The notes beneath the pieces are model-generated. The model was not told where the DNA came from. It did not search any database and was given only the letters and a program-made list of their open reading frames with translations. The position numbers and the translations under genes are program-made. Shown here piece by piece: positions 13,523 to 25,900 of a stretch of DNA of 64,000 nt. Source of the stretch: Thalia democratica (lineage: Eukaryota). Position 1 is the first letter of the stretch. Every line of letters starts with the position of its first letter. The stretch lies in assembly GCA_965202585.1 (NCBI GenBank), contig OZ241832.1, positions 37,572,001 to 37,636,000 of the forward strand. The letters are read 5' to 3'.

Positions 13523-14825
13523 CAGGGTTGCCACTCGGTCAGGAAAAGTCAGGAAAAATTTAAAAAAATGAAAAAAGTCAGGAAAAAATAGGGGGTTTTG
13601 AAAAAAAGTCAGGAAAAGTCAGGAAATTTGATTAAAAAAAAAAGTCAGATTTTGTCAGTTTAAATTTACAAAATTCCTTGTTTTCCAAAGCCTTCAAATG
13701 GTAAAAATTAATTAAAAGTCCTTTAAAGTCAGAAAAAATTCCAAAATTTTCCTAGAAATTTACAAAAATATTTAATTTTATTTCCAATGCCTTCATCATG
13801 TATAAATTATTAAAATATCCTTTATAAAACTGCAAAAATTTTCTATTAACATATTGAACAAGTACACTACTTGAACAATTTGAGTATCAGATTTTGTAAG
13901 CTTTTTAGTATTGATGATCTGTAGCAAAGACACTTCCATAGTGAAATTGTGATATATACACAAAAGTTTATCTAGCATAATTTTAGAATCAAAGTGTTTT
14001 TTGTTTAAGTAAATAATTGAGTTCTTTATTACTAAGCAGTTAGTTTAGTATTTTATGTAACAAGTTAATGTTTATACTGAAGCGGAATGCAGACCAGATG
14101 AAAGAAACCATATCTTAATTAGATGAAGAGGTTGAAGTGCTAATAAAAAAACGGAGAAAACAAATTTTAGTACATACATTTAAAAAACAGTATTTGATTA
14201 AGTTTTTTATTGTTTTAACTGTAAAAGTTCGTTATTGTTTTAAGGTTTGAGTTGTAAAAAAGTCTTATTGATTTAAGGTTTTAATTGTAAAAGTTCCTTA
14301 TATGTCGTTTTGTTTAATCAGATACATTTATGCTAGGAAATTCTAAAAAATTGTGTTCTTTATTGTTTTAAGGTTTCAACTGTAAAAATTTGTTATTGTT
14401 TTAAGATTTTAATTGTGAAAGTTCGTTATTAATTAGTTCAAGGTTTTAATTGTAAAAGTTCCTTATATGTCGTTTGTTTATCTAGATACATTTATGCTAG
14501 GAAATGCTAAAAGATTGTGTCTTTTTTCAGACAAGCTGTGTTTATAAGGTAATAAAACAAGTATTTTGCTGATAGAGATGTTTATTACAAACATCAATCA
14601 TACACAGATGGTTTAAGTGATGTACTGGAAGTTTGATGATAGAATTGAGCAAAAAACTGTTGTTTTTAACCTGTATTAAAATTAGATTGAAAGCTTTATA
14701 TATTTTTAAGTGTTAGATTATGTATTTTAGAATTAAGTTTAATTTAAGAGTTTGATTTAGAAAAGTCAGGAAAATTTTCGTAAAAAGTCAGGAAATTTTT
14801 CTCAGCTTGATCAGTGGCAACCATG
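13523..14825. mobile_element. Non-autonomous DNA transposon, CAGGGTTGCCA TIR family, about 1.3 kb
   Basis: Left TIR CAGGGTTGCCACT at 13523; right TIR AGTGGCAACCATG ends at 14825. AAAAGTCAGGAAA repeats at both ends. Perfect 6-bp flanking direct repeat AATAGT. Internal ~90-bp duplication (~14268-14362 vs ~14437-14523). Confidence 0.82.
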
Positions 14826-15489
14826 AATAGTTCGTCTTCTTATAATATTGAATGTTTATTAATGGTTTATAGACTATTCATAATTTATATGCCTAAATAA
14901 AAAAAAATAAAATCTAAGCATTTTTCTCAGGTGTTTAAGGTCAAACCGTAGTTTTAGTTTTAAGGATTTTTTAAATCAGAGCAATGACTAAAAAAAAGAA
15001 ATTAGTTTATAAAAAGTGATATGAACGAATTATTTTATTAAAAGCGTAGTTAAATTTTTTGATATACTTAAAGTTCCTAACTATTTATATAAAATATAAA
15101 CTGTAGTATTTCTTGTTCAAAGCTTTGTTTGAACTCGATTGAATATGTCTGAGTTTTTCGTTGAATCAAATATTTTTAGACAAGATTCGTTTTACATTTC
15201 GGTTAAAAGTTTACTTTCTAAGCTTTATTTATTATTTTCAAGAAATTGTTTTAATTAAGATTGAAGTATAAAGGATAAAAGATATATTTGAAATTAAATA
15301 TTTTTTTTTTATAATTAAACAGTTTAGTTTTTATACCAATAAGTTTATAGTCACAATACTTAAGAGCGGACCAAGGTGTTAACTTGATAATTTTTTCAAA
15401 AAAAAAGTATGTGTTTGTTGAATGAATGAAGCTAGAAATTCATTTTTTGTACAATAAAATTACAAGCGACTCTAGTCATTTTAATTTGA

Positions 15490-15595
15490 GGTAGAACGAC
15501 AAGCAACCTGACATTTTGCGACCTGATTTCCTCCTCATTAGGACTCGCCAGGCTGAAATAGTCACGGTGATGAACCGTTGTGTTGAAGACTGCTT
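15490..15595 (-). mobile_element. Penelope-like element terminal remnant with a degenerate minimal hammerhead ribozyme
   Basis: Minus strand reads GC-CTGGCGA-GTCC-TAATGA-GGAG-GAAA-TCAG-GTC-GC, colinear with the hammerhead at 28333-28375. The upstream flank (ACAACGGTT..CAC..GACTAT..GCCTG) is also shared. Confidence 0.6.
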
Positions 15596-16237
15596 ACTTT
15601 TGTTATATAAAAAATAACTTTAAGTTATGATAGTTATCTTTAGAACGCAAAACATTTAGCTAGAAAGCACTAGTTTAAGTCATGCGCATTCTGTAAGTTA
15701 ATCTACTAATTTATAGGTGATTTGTGTGTTTTTAAGATATATTTTTTAGATTGTAGCAACTGTTTTATAAATCAATATATAGCCTTTAACTAATTATTTT
15801 TTAGTATCTGAAAGGTGTCGAAAAAAGAAGTTCACGAAAATAACCTTAAAAAATCAATTACAGTTTTACATAAAAAACTAAAAATAAAAAATTATGAATA
15901 GTAGATTCTATAAATACATTACTAGCTCATTTTATTGAAATTAAAATTTTGTATAAAATAGTTCGTTATTTTATATTGCTAATAAGAACTGTTGTTGTTC
16001 TGGTGTATACTGTTAATGTTGTTATTTTGTAAAATATGCAAAAACTTATTCTGTATCTTCGGAAAAGTAGTTTTAAAAACATATTAGGTTACTCTATAAA
16101 CAACTTTTTTCTAAAAAACGACATTTTAGGTACAGTTGCGTTGCATACTTTGATTAACAAGCCAAGTTTGATATTTAAAATACAGGTAGTTTTTGAAAAA
16201 CTACAGTTTTCTATATGACTTTAGATGCAGTTTTAAG

Positions 16238-18513
16238 TAGTGATCTACCGGACCCACTATTTAGGATGTGACCGGTTCCGGATTTAAGATCCTAAATAAT
16301 TTATGTAGCTTCAATAGACAACAAACTTATAAAATTTAGTTATTTTATACCAATAATTAGTAAAAACTGTTTATTGCAATTATTTTGTTAAAAAACACAA
16401 TGTTATTGTCTAAATATTTTATTTTAACAATAGGAAAAAAAAACTATTTGTATGAAATCTCACTTTAAATGTCAATTTCAAGCTACTTATACGACTTAAC
16501 TTGAATTTTGTACCTTTTATGACGTTATAGAAACTTATTGTAGCAGTGCTTTAAAAAATAACGAACTTTTTTTTTGATTATTTTATTAAGTTTTATATAA
16601 TACTTTTATTTATTAAAGTTCAAACTATAAGATGAACAATAACTTCTTTAACAGCTGTTGATGTTTTAAAATATAAAATTAAGTAATTTATTAAATAACA
16701 TTTACTCATATTAACGCCATTAAGCTACAAAGAAACTTTTTCTTGTTTTTTCAAGTTGTATAAGTTTTTTCGCCAGTTTTTGGAAGCAATCGATTTAGCT
16801 TTTGTTCGTAAAGTTGCCAGCTTCTGAAAATAACCTTTCAGAATAAACAGAAGATGCTGACGCCGAAAGATATCTTCTTGCATATCTGACAAAATGTGTG
16901 TATTTTTTCTCGTTTGATTTCCACCAAGACAAGACTTCAGCTTCTTTAACTTCTTCAGCAGATAAATGTTTTTCAGCCAAAAAAAAAATTAATTTCTGTC
17001 ACAATCTCTTGATCAACTGAATCTTGTTGCTCACTTTCGTGAGTGTTGCACTTGCTTCCAATTTAAATGTAGAATAGAACAAAAAAAAATTCGGAACATC
17101 ATTTTTAGGTAGTTGAGCTTTAAGTTTATTAGGCGGTACTAAAAGAACTTGACCACCTTGACCAGTCTCATGACAATTATGATTTTTTAAATTTAATTTT
17201 AGTAGCCTTAAAACCTTCTGTTTGAGATTAGCAGGGAAAATGTTAAGTCGATAGTGCGGATGAACAGCTGATGTGAGTAAAAACAAGTCGTTATCATGAA
17301 GGTTTATTAGTTTGCTGGTATAAATAGTTTAAAACCTTCTTTCAAAAGCCTCTTCTTTATTTTTGCTAAGGCTGTAGAATTACTTTGACCAGGTGGACTA
17401 TAAGCTTTATGATTAAATTCTTTTTTAGTACTGCTGCATGCGGGATTACACTTGACAGCAATGCGTTGTTTTTGCTACACTGCTGCGTTACTATGAAAAA
17501 GGGTTCAAGCAGCTCATTAAGGAGACTAAAAAGTTCCCATTAAAATTTGTTGTTAGCCACACAGTTCTGGACACTTGTTTATAATTTGTCTAGTCTTATC
17601 AGCATAAGGTAGGATGAGTTCCACCTTGTTTTAACATCTTGCACAAGTAGCATAATTTTTACATTGACACTGATAAACCTAATATGACTTGGGTTTTTTA
17701 GTTTCCTGCACGCTGTAGAAGAATGATTTAAGTTGCTAACAGTTTGACGGACTTTGGCTATTAACACACTTATGTTATTTTCTGAAAACAGTTCGTTAAT
17801 TATCAGTTATAGCGTGTGAATGAAATAGGGTGCAGAAGAGATGCTTAGAAGAACATACTTCATCTTAAATATATTGTCGCGCAAAAAATTTGTTAAACTA
17901 TTGCTGTCTCTTAAAGTTTTAGTATCCACAAATTTAATGAGCTGTATTTGTAGAGTTTTTGCATTATATAACATGATTAAATGGGAATAATAAAGTTAGA
18001 ATAAAATTGTAAAGACTTTAAACAAATTGAAACACATCAAAATTTAAATGCATGTTTTATATTAAAAAAGAAAGTATTTAAAGTTTGTAAATAGAACTAA
18101 ATTGTAGAGTCAGTAGAATCAGTAGAATCTGCAAGAAACTTTAAATTAACAATTTACTACTTTTACTTCAATGGATTTATGTACCTGTATGTTTACTAAA
18201 AATAGTTGAACTACTTGATTAGTCTGTTTCGCTTGACTAATTTTCTAAACATTAAATATTCAAAAAAAAAATTATATAAAATTGAAAGAAGCTAATCGTG
18301 GAAAATAAAGTCTTTCCGAACTAACTTGATCCGGAACTGGCCAAATCTCAGCTAAGATCCAGCCGGATCCGAATCTTTTTTGAAATTTGGAACCGGCCGG
18401 TTCCATTTCCGGTTCTTTTTTTAAAACAAGGATCTAGCCAGTTCCGGATCCCGGCAAAAAATAGCCGGTACCGGGCGGGTCCGGATCCGGACCTTGGATT
18501 TGGTAGATCACTA
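16238..18513 (-). mobile_element. Internally deleted hAT (Ac/ZBED-like) DNA transposon
   Basis: Perfect 12-bp TIRs TAGTGATCTACC (16238) / GGTAGATCACTA (ends 18513). 8-bp flanks GTTTTAAG / GTACTAAG match 6 of 8. Dense CCGG/CCGGATCC subterminal repeats at ~18320-18495 and near 16250-16285. Encloses transposase fragments. Confidence 0.9.
16795..17870 (-). pseudogene. hAT transposase remnant, frameshifted and deleted
   Basis: Fragments YFIHTL*LII (CxxHTLQL-like), DVKTRWNSSYLMLIRL, TSAVHPHYR (LDPRFK-like) and LSWWKSNEKKY...ARRYLSASASSVYSERLFSEAG (hATC dimerisation domain), separated by stops and frameshifts. Confidence 0.88.
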
Positions 18514-19644
18514 GTACTAAGTATAAACTAGATCCGTTCCATTAAAAAGCTCGTCAAAGGTGTATATTTTCAGTTATAATATTAATCGTTTTTATAAAGC
18601 ATTTAAGAACTACAAATAAATTTGTTTGATTTTAAGATATTTATTAATGTTTATATATCTTCATAATGTGTTACAGCTTAACTTTGTAAACTAGATACAC
18701 ATTTATAATATTTTAGGTAGCGAGTTATAGAAGAAAAAAAAAAATTATTTTTTTGACATTAGTAGAAACAACTTTAAAATAATAAGCGTAGAAAATATAT
18801 TTCACTGTTAATCAAATAGTTCACTATAATTAAAAACAACACTTGCGTACCAAACTGATAAAACTTAATTAATGACAAAACTTAAACTAATTTGTTAATA
18901 TTATCATAAATAATTAGTAGCTTTTAAATATACAGAAAAAGTACTTTGCTTAGTGAAATGGAAATATGACAAAAATAATTAAATATTTAACACATAAACA
19001 AAATATTGTTAGCGGTATATATTTATAGATAAAAAATATATACCAGTTTTAATGAAAAAAAACAGTTAGATCAATAATTTTACAATACAAAAAAAATCAG
19101 AGTTTGAAAAAAAACCTAATATTTAGTATTTACATTTATTTTCTTATAACTGAAGAGCTTTAAAAGTTTTCAGATTAAAAAAGTAATCCAACAAAACGGC
19201 AGTTTCATACAAATAAAATTGTTTTAAGTTTTGGTAGCTCCTGATGATACTACGGACTATTTTTCATTTTCAACAACAAACACAAATGGTACTTTATCTT
19301 GGAAAACATAAATCTTAGACCCAACATACAGTGCTTTTCTAATATTTGATAATATCGATAAGTTTGGATAATAACAAAATTTGCAAAAAAGGTTAGGGAC
19401 GAATGTTAAATGTATGTGTAGCAAAGTTTAGACTAAAGTACTTTTAATTATTTTTTAAAGCATGAAATACACAAAAATATGACAAATTTCGAAAAAAGGT
19501 ATGTGCAATTACTTGTTTAAAACCATTACACTTAATAAAAAAAAGATTTTTTTGAGGCTTTAAGTATAGAAAATGTTAACTTTTTTTTCAACGTAAAAAA
19601 TTAAAGGTTAGACAAAACCAAATGAACAAAAGACAACATATTTA

Positions 19645-20018
19645 CAGGGTTACCAAAAAACCTGGAACTTTAGAAAATTTGAAAAAACCTAGAATTTTGA
19701 ACAAATATCACTAAAAAACCTGGAAAGATTTATAATTTTAAACTATTTTTACATGTTAAGATGTGAAATGTTAATTTGACTCGAAAAATCTACAACATAG
19801 ATAAAACATTTTATATAATGTTATCATTAAATATTTTTCTATTAAAAAACACATTTAAAGTAGCTTTACATTATCTTTTCAATGTTGTTATAATTTGTAC
19901 TTAAAACAGTTTTTAAACTTAGCTTTAAACTAATAATAGACCCAAAAACGTGTAATTTTAAAAACTTGGAAGAAATTCAGAAAGCCTGGTAAAAACTTTA
20001 AAAAAATTGGCAACCTTG
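19645..20018. mobile_element. MITE, CAGGGTT(G/A)CCA TIR family, with CCTGG(A) subterminal repeats
   Basis: Left CAGGGTTACCA at 19645; right TGGCAACCTTG ends at 20018. Flanks TATTTA / TACTTA match 5 of 6. Confidence 0.72.
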
Positions 20019-20119
20019 TACTTAGTAAAGATTTATTAGATAATTTTTTTAGATAAAAGCAAAAAAAAAAAAAAAAATTAATTGAAATACCTTCTAAATT
20101 CTTGGTCAGTCCTGAAGTT

Positions 20120-20245
20120 TGTTTGTCCTGGACAAGACGTAAAAAAGTATCCAAGTGGTGTACGACTCGATAATCGAAATATTTTTTGTACACTAGTGCC
20201 TATGACCAATTATTCTAAGCGCTTTTTTGTTGCTCAATAAAATGT
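20120..20245 (+). repeat. Dispersed repeat, copy 1 (inverted copy at 37676-37780)
   Basis: Shares exact blocks GTATCCAAGTGGT (13 bp) and AAGCGCTTTTTTGTTG (16 bp), plus CGACT.GATAA.CG, with the reverse complement of 37676-37780. Confidence 0.7.
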
Positions 20246-22919
20246 TATTGTTATCTTAATCGTTGTATAATTTAAAACTTTTAAGTGGATCAGGTTTTGA
20301 TGCCTGAGTCTAACATTGCACAGTAAACAACATAGTAATAATAAGTCTGTTGATTAACATAAAACAAAACTAAACATATTTTGATTCGATAAGTACTTCT
20401 GCAGTTGAAGAATTAAGTTAAATGTTTATAATCATTATAACACAACAAAAAATATTTGTAGTAACATATATGTTATTATCTAACTTCTTTATTTTTATTT
20501 CACCTGGAAAAATTAACAAGTTTTAAAAAATTGAATGATATATTTATACACATTTATGTTATTCTATGTTTTACTTTTATATCGGAATATTTCAATACTT
20601 TTAGCTTTAAGAAAAAAGTTGTAAAAGTTTAACCTTATTTTAAAGTGTTAAGGAAAACAATAACCATTAATAAATTTTTCTATTAACTCGTTAAAAGATG
20701 TTATCTTTTTTTGAAAACAAAAAAAGAATTTGAAAGCTTTCTTATATTTTATCACTCATAAATTCTTATTTGCTTTCTTAGAACATATTAAAATCGATAG
20801 CAGTTTTTTTTTTAATAAGTATAGTAAATAAGTTTTTGATAAATTAACTATTACTCGGGTGTTTTTGAAACTTTGTATTGTACAATAAATAAGCACTTAA
20901 ACATTTTGTCAAAGTATATATTGTATCTTAGATGCAAAAAATATTTTTTATGAAATCTGTGCAGTCCATGGTGTCTTTTTTTGTAAAATATAAGTTAGTA
21001 AGATTCATTTTGTTTACAAATTTTTATAGTTGTTTTAATAAAACTAGTCAGTAAGCTATAATAAATTACAGATTGTTGTTTCTTTAGTCTTTAAACATTT
21101 AATAAAGTTGTTTATTTTAAAAAGTACAAAACCTTCAAAAAATACCTTTGGTGTTTAAAACAATAAGTATAAAGATAACAGTTTTAAATACCAAAGTATT
21201 TATTTGAAATAGAGAAACATTTAAAAATGTTTTTATTTGAGCGTCGTTTTTATTTAATTATTTTTTTAAACTATCTTAATGCTTATTTTGGCAGTACTGA
21301 TTCTTTTTTATTAACAAAAAATAAAAAAAGCTTATCGTAATTCAAAAAAAACATTTTCATTTAAATGAGTGTTTGCTTTAGTTTAAAGTAAAATTAAAGT
21401 TGTTTTAAAGAATTCAACATAATTAATTGGTAAGCCCTACTTGGCGAAACATTGTGTTATAAGAAAATTAGAATAAACAATATATCGTTAGGATATCTTT
21501 GCATATTTTCTAAGTAGGTGCGTAAATATTTTCCAGAAGTTCAAAATTTCCTTACATATAACTGGCTAAATATTATTCTATTAGTTTGTGTAAGGTAGAG
21601 TATAAAATAAAATATAAAGACATATTAATTGAATAAGATGACAACCAAATTTTAGTTTATATGAAAACAGCAGTTATTTTAAAAAACTCGAACTATTGAT
21701 TAACTTAAATGTGTTAATGTACAAGACTATAACCTCTCAAAAATAAAATTAAATACATTTCTTTATTCATATCAAAAATGTAAAAAAAGCTACATTTCCA
21801 AACTTCAATTAAATTTAGTAACATTTTTTTTAAACGTTTAAGCAAATTTGTGAAAGTTTTCATGCTTTACATACTTTTGTATCGTGTGTTTTATGTAGGG
21901 TAAATTTAAATTTTCGTTTCTTGAATTAAATAATTTAAAACTATGATACCAAGAGACTAAAATTATATTAAAACAAAAAACAAAGTAGTTTTTTTCATTA
22001 AAGTAATCAGTATAGTACTATGGGAAACAAATAAATTTATTTAAAAAATACCGTTTAGTTTGGTCGAGTAGTGAAAATTTTTCAGCTTTTTAACTACATT
22101 AAATATAAAATCATTATTAACCTACATTTTTTGGTTTTTAAATTTATTTGGTTTTTGAACTCAACATAACTGATATATATAAACAAGTAGATATTTAAAT
22201 AGGTAAACATTTTTAGGAACTGATACCTTAACTTTGCTTTGATAAACATATAGGTAAAACTTTGCTTAATTGGGTTTGTACAATGAGCTATGTATCCAGG
22301 CAACTTGAGTACCTTATCATGACGTTTACTATTGTTTGGCAATTACTACTTTGTAATTCCGTTATAATAAGTTTGAAGTACTTGAAATTAAATTTGACCG
22401 CCTTTATAAATTTATATCAAAATTTATTTGGTCGCGAAAACGTGTTTCAATTTTGCAATAGTATTAGAAAAGCTGTAACATTTGACTTGCATATATGTTT
22501 TATTTTGATAATTAAACAATTTTTATATAATTGAATTTTTATTTGTTTTTATTTTGTAGATGTTTGATACAGAAGGAATTTTGTTTAAAAATAGATTACT
22601 ATGTATAAATATTTTTAACAAACAGCTTGTTATGTGTTATTTCTAAGCAAGTGTTTTCAACTAAAAGCACGTAAAATATATTATCTTAAAAGTAAACTAA
22701 AAACAAATTAGTTGATATACTGCCAACAAAACCAACTAAAAAGAAAGATAAAAGTCAGTGCTTAAGCTTAAATGATTTTTTTTCCAGCTGTTCGTTGTTT
22801 TTTGATAGTAGACTATAAATAACAAAATAAAAGTTACACAGTAAAGTTAAGAAAAAAATGTTTTATTAGCAGGGAAGATATAAAATTAAAATTATCATTG
22901 TAGCATACATACAAATAAA

Positions 22920-25900
22920 ATGGCACCGTGTATTCAACTGCACAGATTTATACAGCTACAAGACAAAGAACGAAGTCATGTGTTCACCTTCCTCATTGAG
23001 AATCCTCACGAAATTTCAACTTTTGACGTTAGATCGAGGGAATTCAATTTTGCCGGCCACAGGTGGTACGTTTACACGGGAAAGCCAAACAATGAATACT
23101 TTAGGTTTGTTTTGATATTTTTTTATATATCTAATCAAAAGATTAGATATAGTTCGGAAAGTTCTCATCAGAGGAATACAAAGCTAACATAAAATAAGAT
23201 TTTCAAAACTTATAAAAAAAGACGAATCTTTAGTAGTTTAAAATAACTTATCTTATAGTATCTTTGTGTTCTACTAATGGGAATTGCTCGAAATACATCT
23301 AGTTTATTGTATTATGTGTCCTGATTTTTTAATTATATTTCGAGTAAGCAATTTTTCAACTTATTAAATTTGTCTAAATATTTTATTACGACATTTAAAA
23401 ATAAAACATACTAAATGAAACTTAATTTTAGTCAGTTTTAATAAAACTCGAATATATTGAGACATTTTTGTATACATGCTGATATACGTTTTCAAAATGT
23501 TTCGATGGCTGATAAAACAGAATAGTGAGTTGATATTTTATAAAAACTACACGTACTGAAAAAACACACACTTTTTACCGTCTACCAAAGATAGTAAACT
23601 CTTAAATCATAAAAACGAAAAACTATTTGTCATGCGTAATAACGTACCGCTTCACTTTCCAGCTTCTACCTGAGGATAGTCAACCTGGGCAAGGACGTGC
23701 GAGTGCACACGGTTTACTCCTTCAACGTGATCAACCTCATCAATGCCGACAACAACTACATCTACTACAGCCCGCCCCAGGGCCGCATCTTCAGCCGCAA
23801 CGATGACGCGTTGTCGTGGGGATGGAAGGAGTTCATCCGTAGAGAGGTAAACTCAAAACATCCACAGCTCGATTAATTATTTAAAAAATAATGTGTTCAT
23901 TTCTTTCAAGACTCTACTGAAACCGAACGGGGGATTCTTGTTTGATGGAAACAAGGCGTTGGTCGAGCTTGAATGCAAGAACTTCAAGACAGTCATCGAG
24001 GAAACGGTGCAGTTACCTCAGCTGTCCCCGTCACACCCCTTCCCCATGGTCCACACTTCTCCTTTCAGCGTCGGCGGTTTCGCTTGGCAGGTGAGAATTT
24101 TCTGAAAGCTTTTGGGTGAAATTTAGACAAAAGTTGCCGTTAACTAGGTCTTCTATGGATTTAGCAGTTCAGCATGTTTTACTTTAACTTTATGTTTTCG
24201 TATTCTTTCACAATAGATTAACGAAATTCAAAGTTTAAATCTGCTAGGTTGGGAGAAATTTTTGTTCATATGACCTCTGATTAAGAGCACTCAAGTTGAT
24301 GCCAATATTTTAACTATGATTTATTTAAGACAAAATTTAAATTTTTTTACGCATTTATAACTTTTTAAAGACAAAATTATTAGAGTTTTACCATTTTATA
24401 CTATTGTAAGCTGACGATAATATTAGTTATGGTTATAATATAGTTGTTATTGCTTTAACTCGTATTTTTTTAAACAACAACAAGCTGTCCCACTCTTTTA
24501 TATATAAAGGCAGACTACCGACTAACCTTTAACTATCATTATATTGTGACAAGGTTACTTAATAGTAATGTTATTCATTGTTTAATATTTAAAAAAAATT
24601 AAGAACTAACATATTTTTACATATACGGCACGGCGTATTTTTACCTGGGAAACAAATTGTACGAAACAAACAAAGTTGACAGTTTATAAAATAACTGTTT
24701 AAAAGTTCGCTTTTAATTTTATTTTGAGTTATTAGTAGCTCTTAGCAAATAATTATTTTGTTGCAGTTTTCTTTAGTTTTCTTTTTTATATAATTTTCAA
24801 GCAACATTTTTAACTATGGTGGATTACGACGACTTTTTTGTAACAAACCTAGCCTGAAAAAAACACTTAATCTAATAAGTTTGGTCAGCTACTTGAAAAA
24901 GGCTGCCGATCCATGACATGTAACTTTTAACTACAACAGTGATATATATCAAATCTTGAGTTTAGATAAATACCAACCTTTGAAAATTTTAGGTTGACTA
25001 AATTATATTGACAGATCCGAGTGTTTCCTGATGGGCCAGACGAAGAAAACCAAGGAAATGTCGCCTTGTTTCTTCACGCTACGACGGCTAATCACCTCGT
25101 CAGAGTTAAAGCCCGATTTTTGATTGAAGGACAGGTAAATCTTGTTTTTGTTAGCTGACATCCATTAGCTTTTTACTGTAACTTAGATCTTTAATAATCG
25201 GATTGCGTAAGTAAAGGTTTAAATTACTTATAGAATAATTTTTTATATTAAATAAAGTTATGTTTTTTAGGATAAAATATATCAATCTAAGACAATTAAA
25301 GTATTTATATTAAAATATAACATTAAATCTTATACAGCCGTCTCCAGTTGTCTACGAGCACACTTTTCCTCCGAACTGCATCAGCGAAATGCCGAGCGGA
25401 GTGGCTTTTCCTAACGACAGCGAGTTCATGTCTTCGCTGACGGACAACAAGTTGAGGGTGGGAGTGGAGTTCATGTCCGTCACTGAAGTAAGATGCCTGT
25501 TTTAATATATATATATTTATTTATTCATATTTGGCTTATATTCATACAAGCCAACCAGCTTCCGTTTGTTTAGTAACGGTTCAAAGTTGTATAAATTAAA
25601 AATTGAAAAAATCTAACCTTTCAGTGTTTTGGTTAATAGCTTCTAATTTTTAACTAGAACCAGTTAGGTTTGGGAAGTTTGTTTTTGTTTTGGCAAAAGT
25701 TAAATTAATTGCAAGACTCTTGAAGCAACATAACTTTAGCACTGTTGATATTTTCAGCCGAAAACTAAAAAATCACGCAAAAATAAGATAATTTTGAATT
25801 AACTCTACATTAATTTATAGGTAAACGAAGTGCACATAACGCTTAGTGAGCCAACGAACCTACCGACGGTTTGCGTCACTCCTTTCGAAGATCTCACAGG

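Noticed and set aside
15567-15600. C/D snoRNA (GTGATGA box C)
   Set aside because: No box D or terminal stem, and the region is better explained as a minus-strand hammerhead relic.
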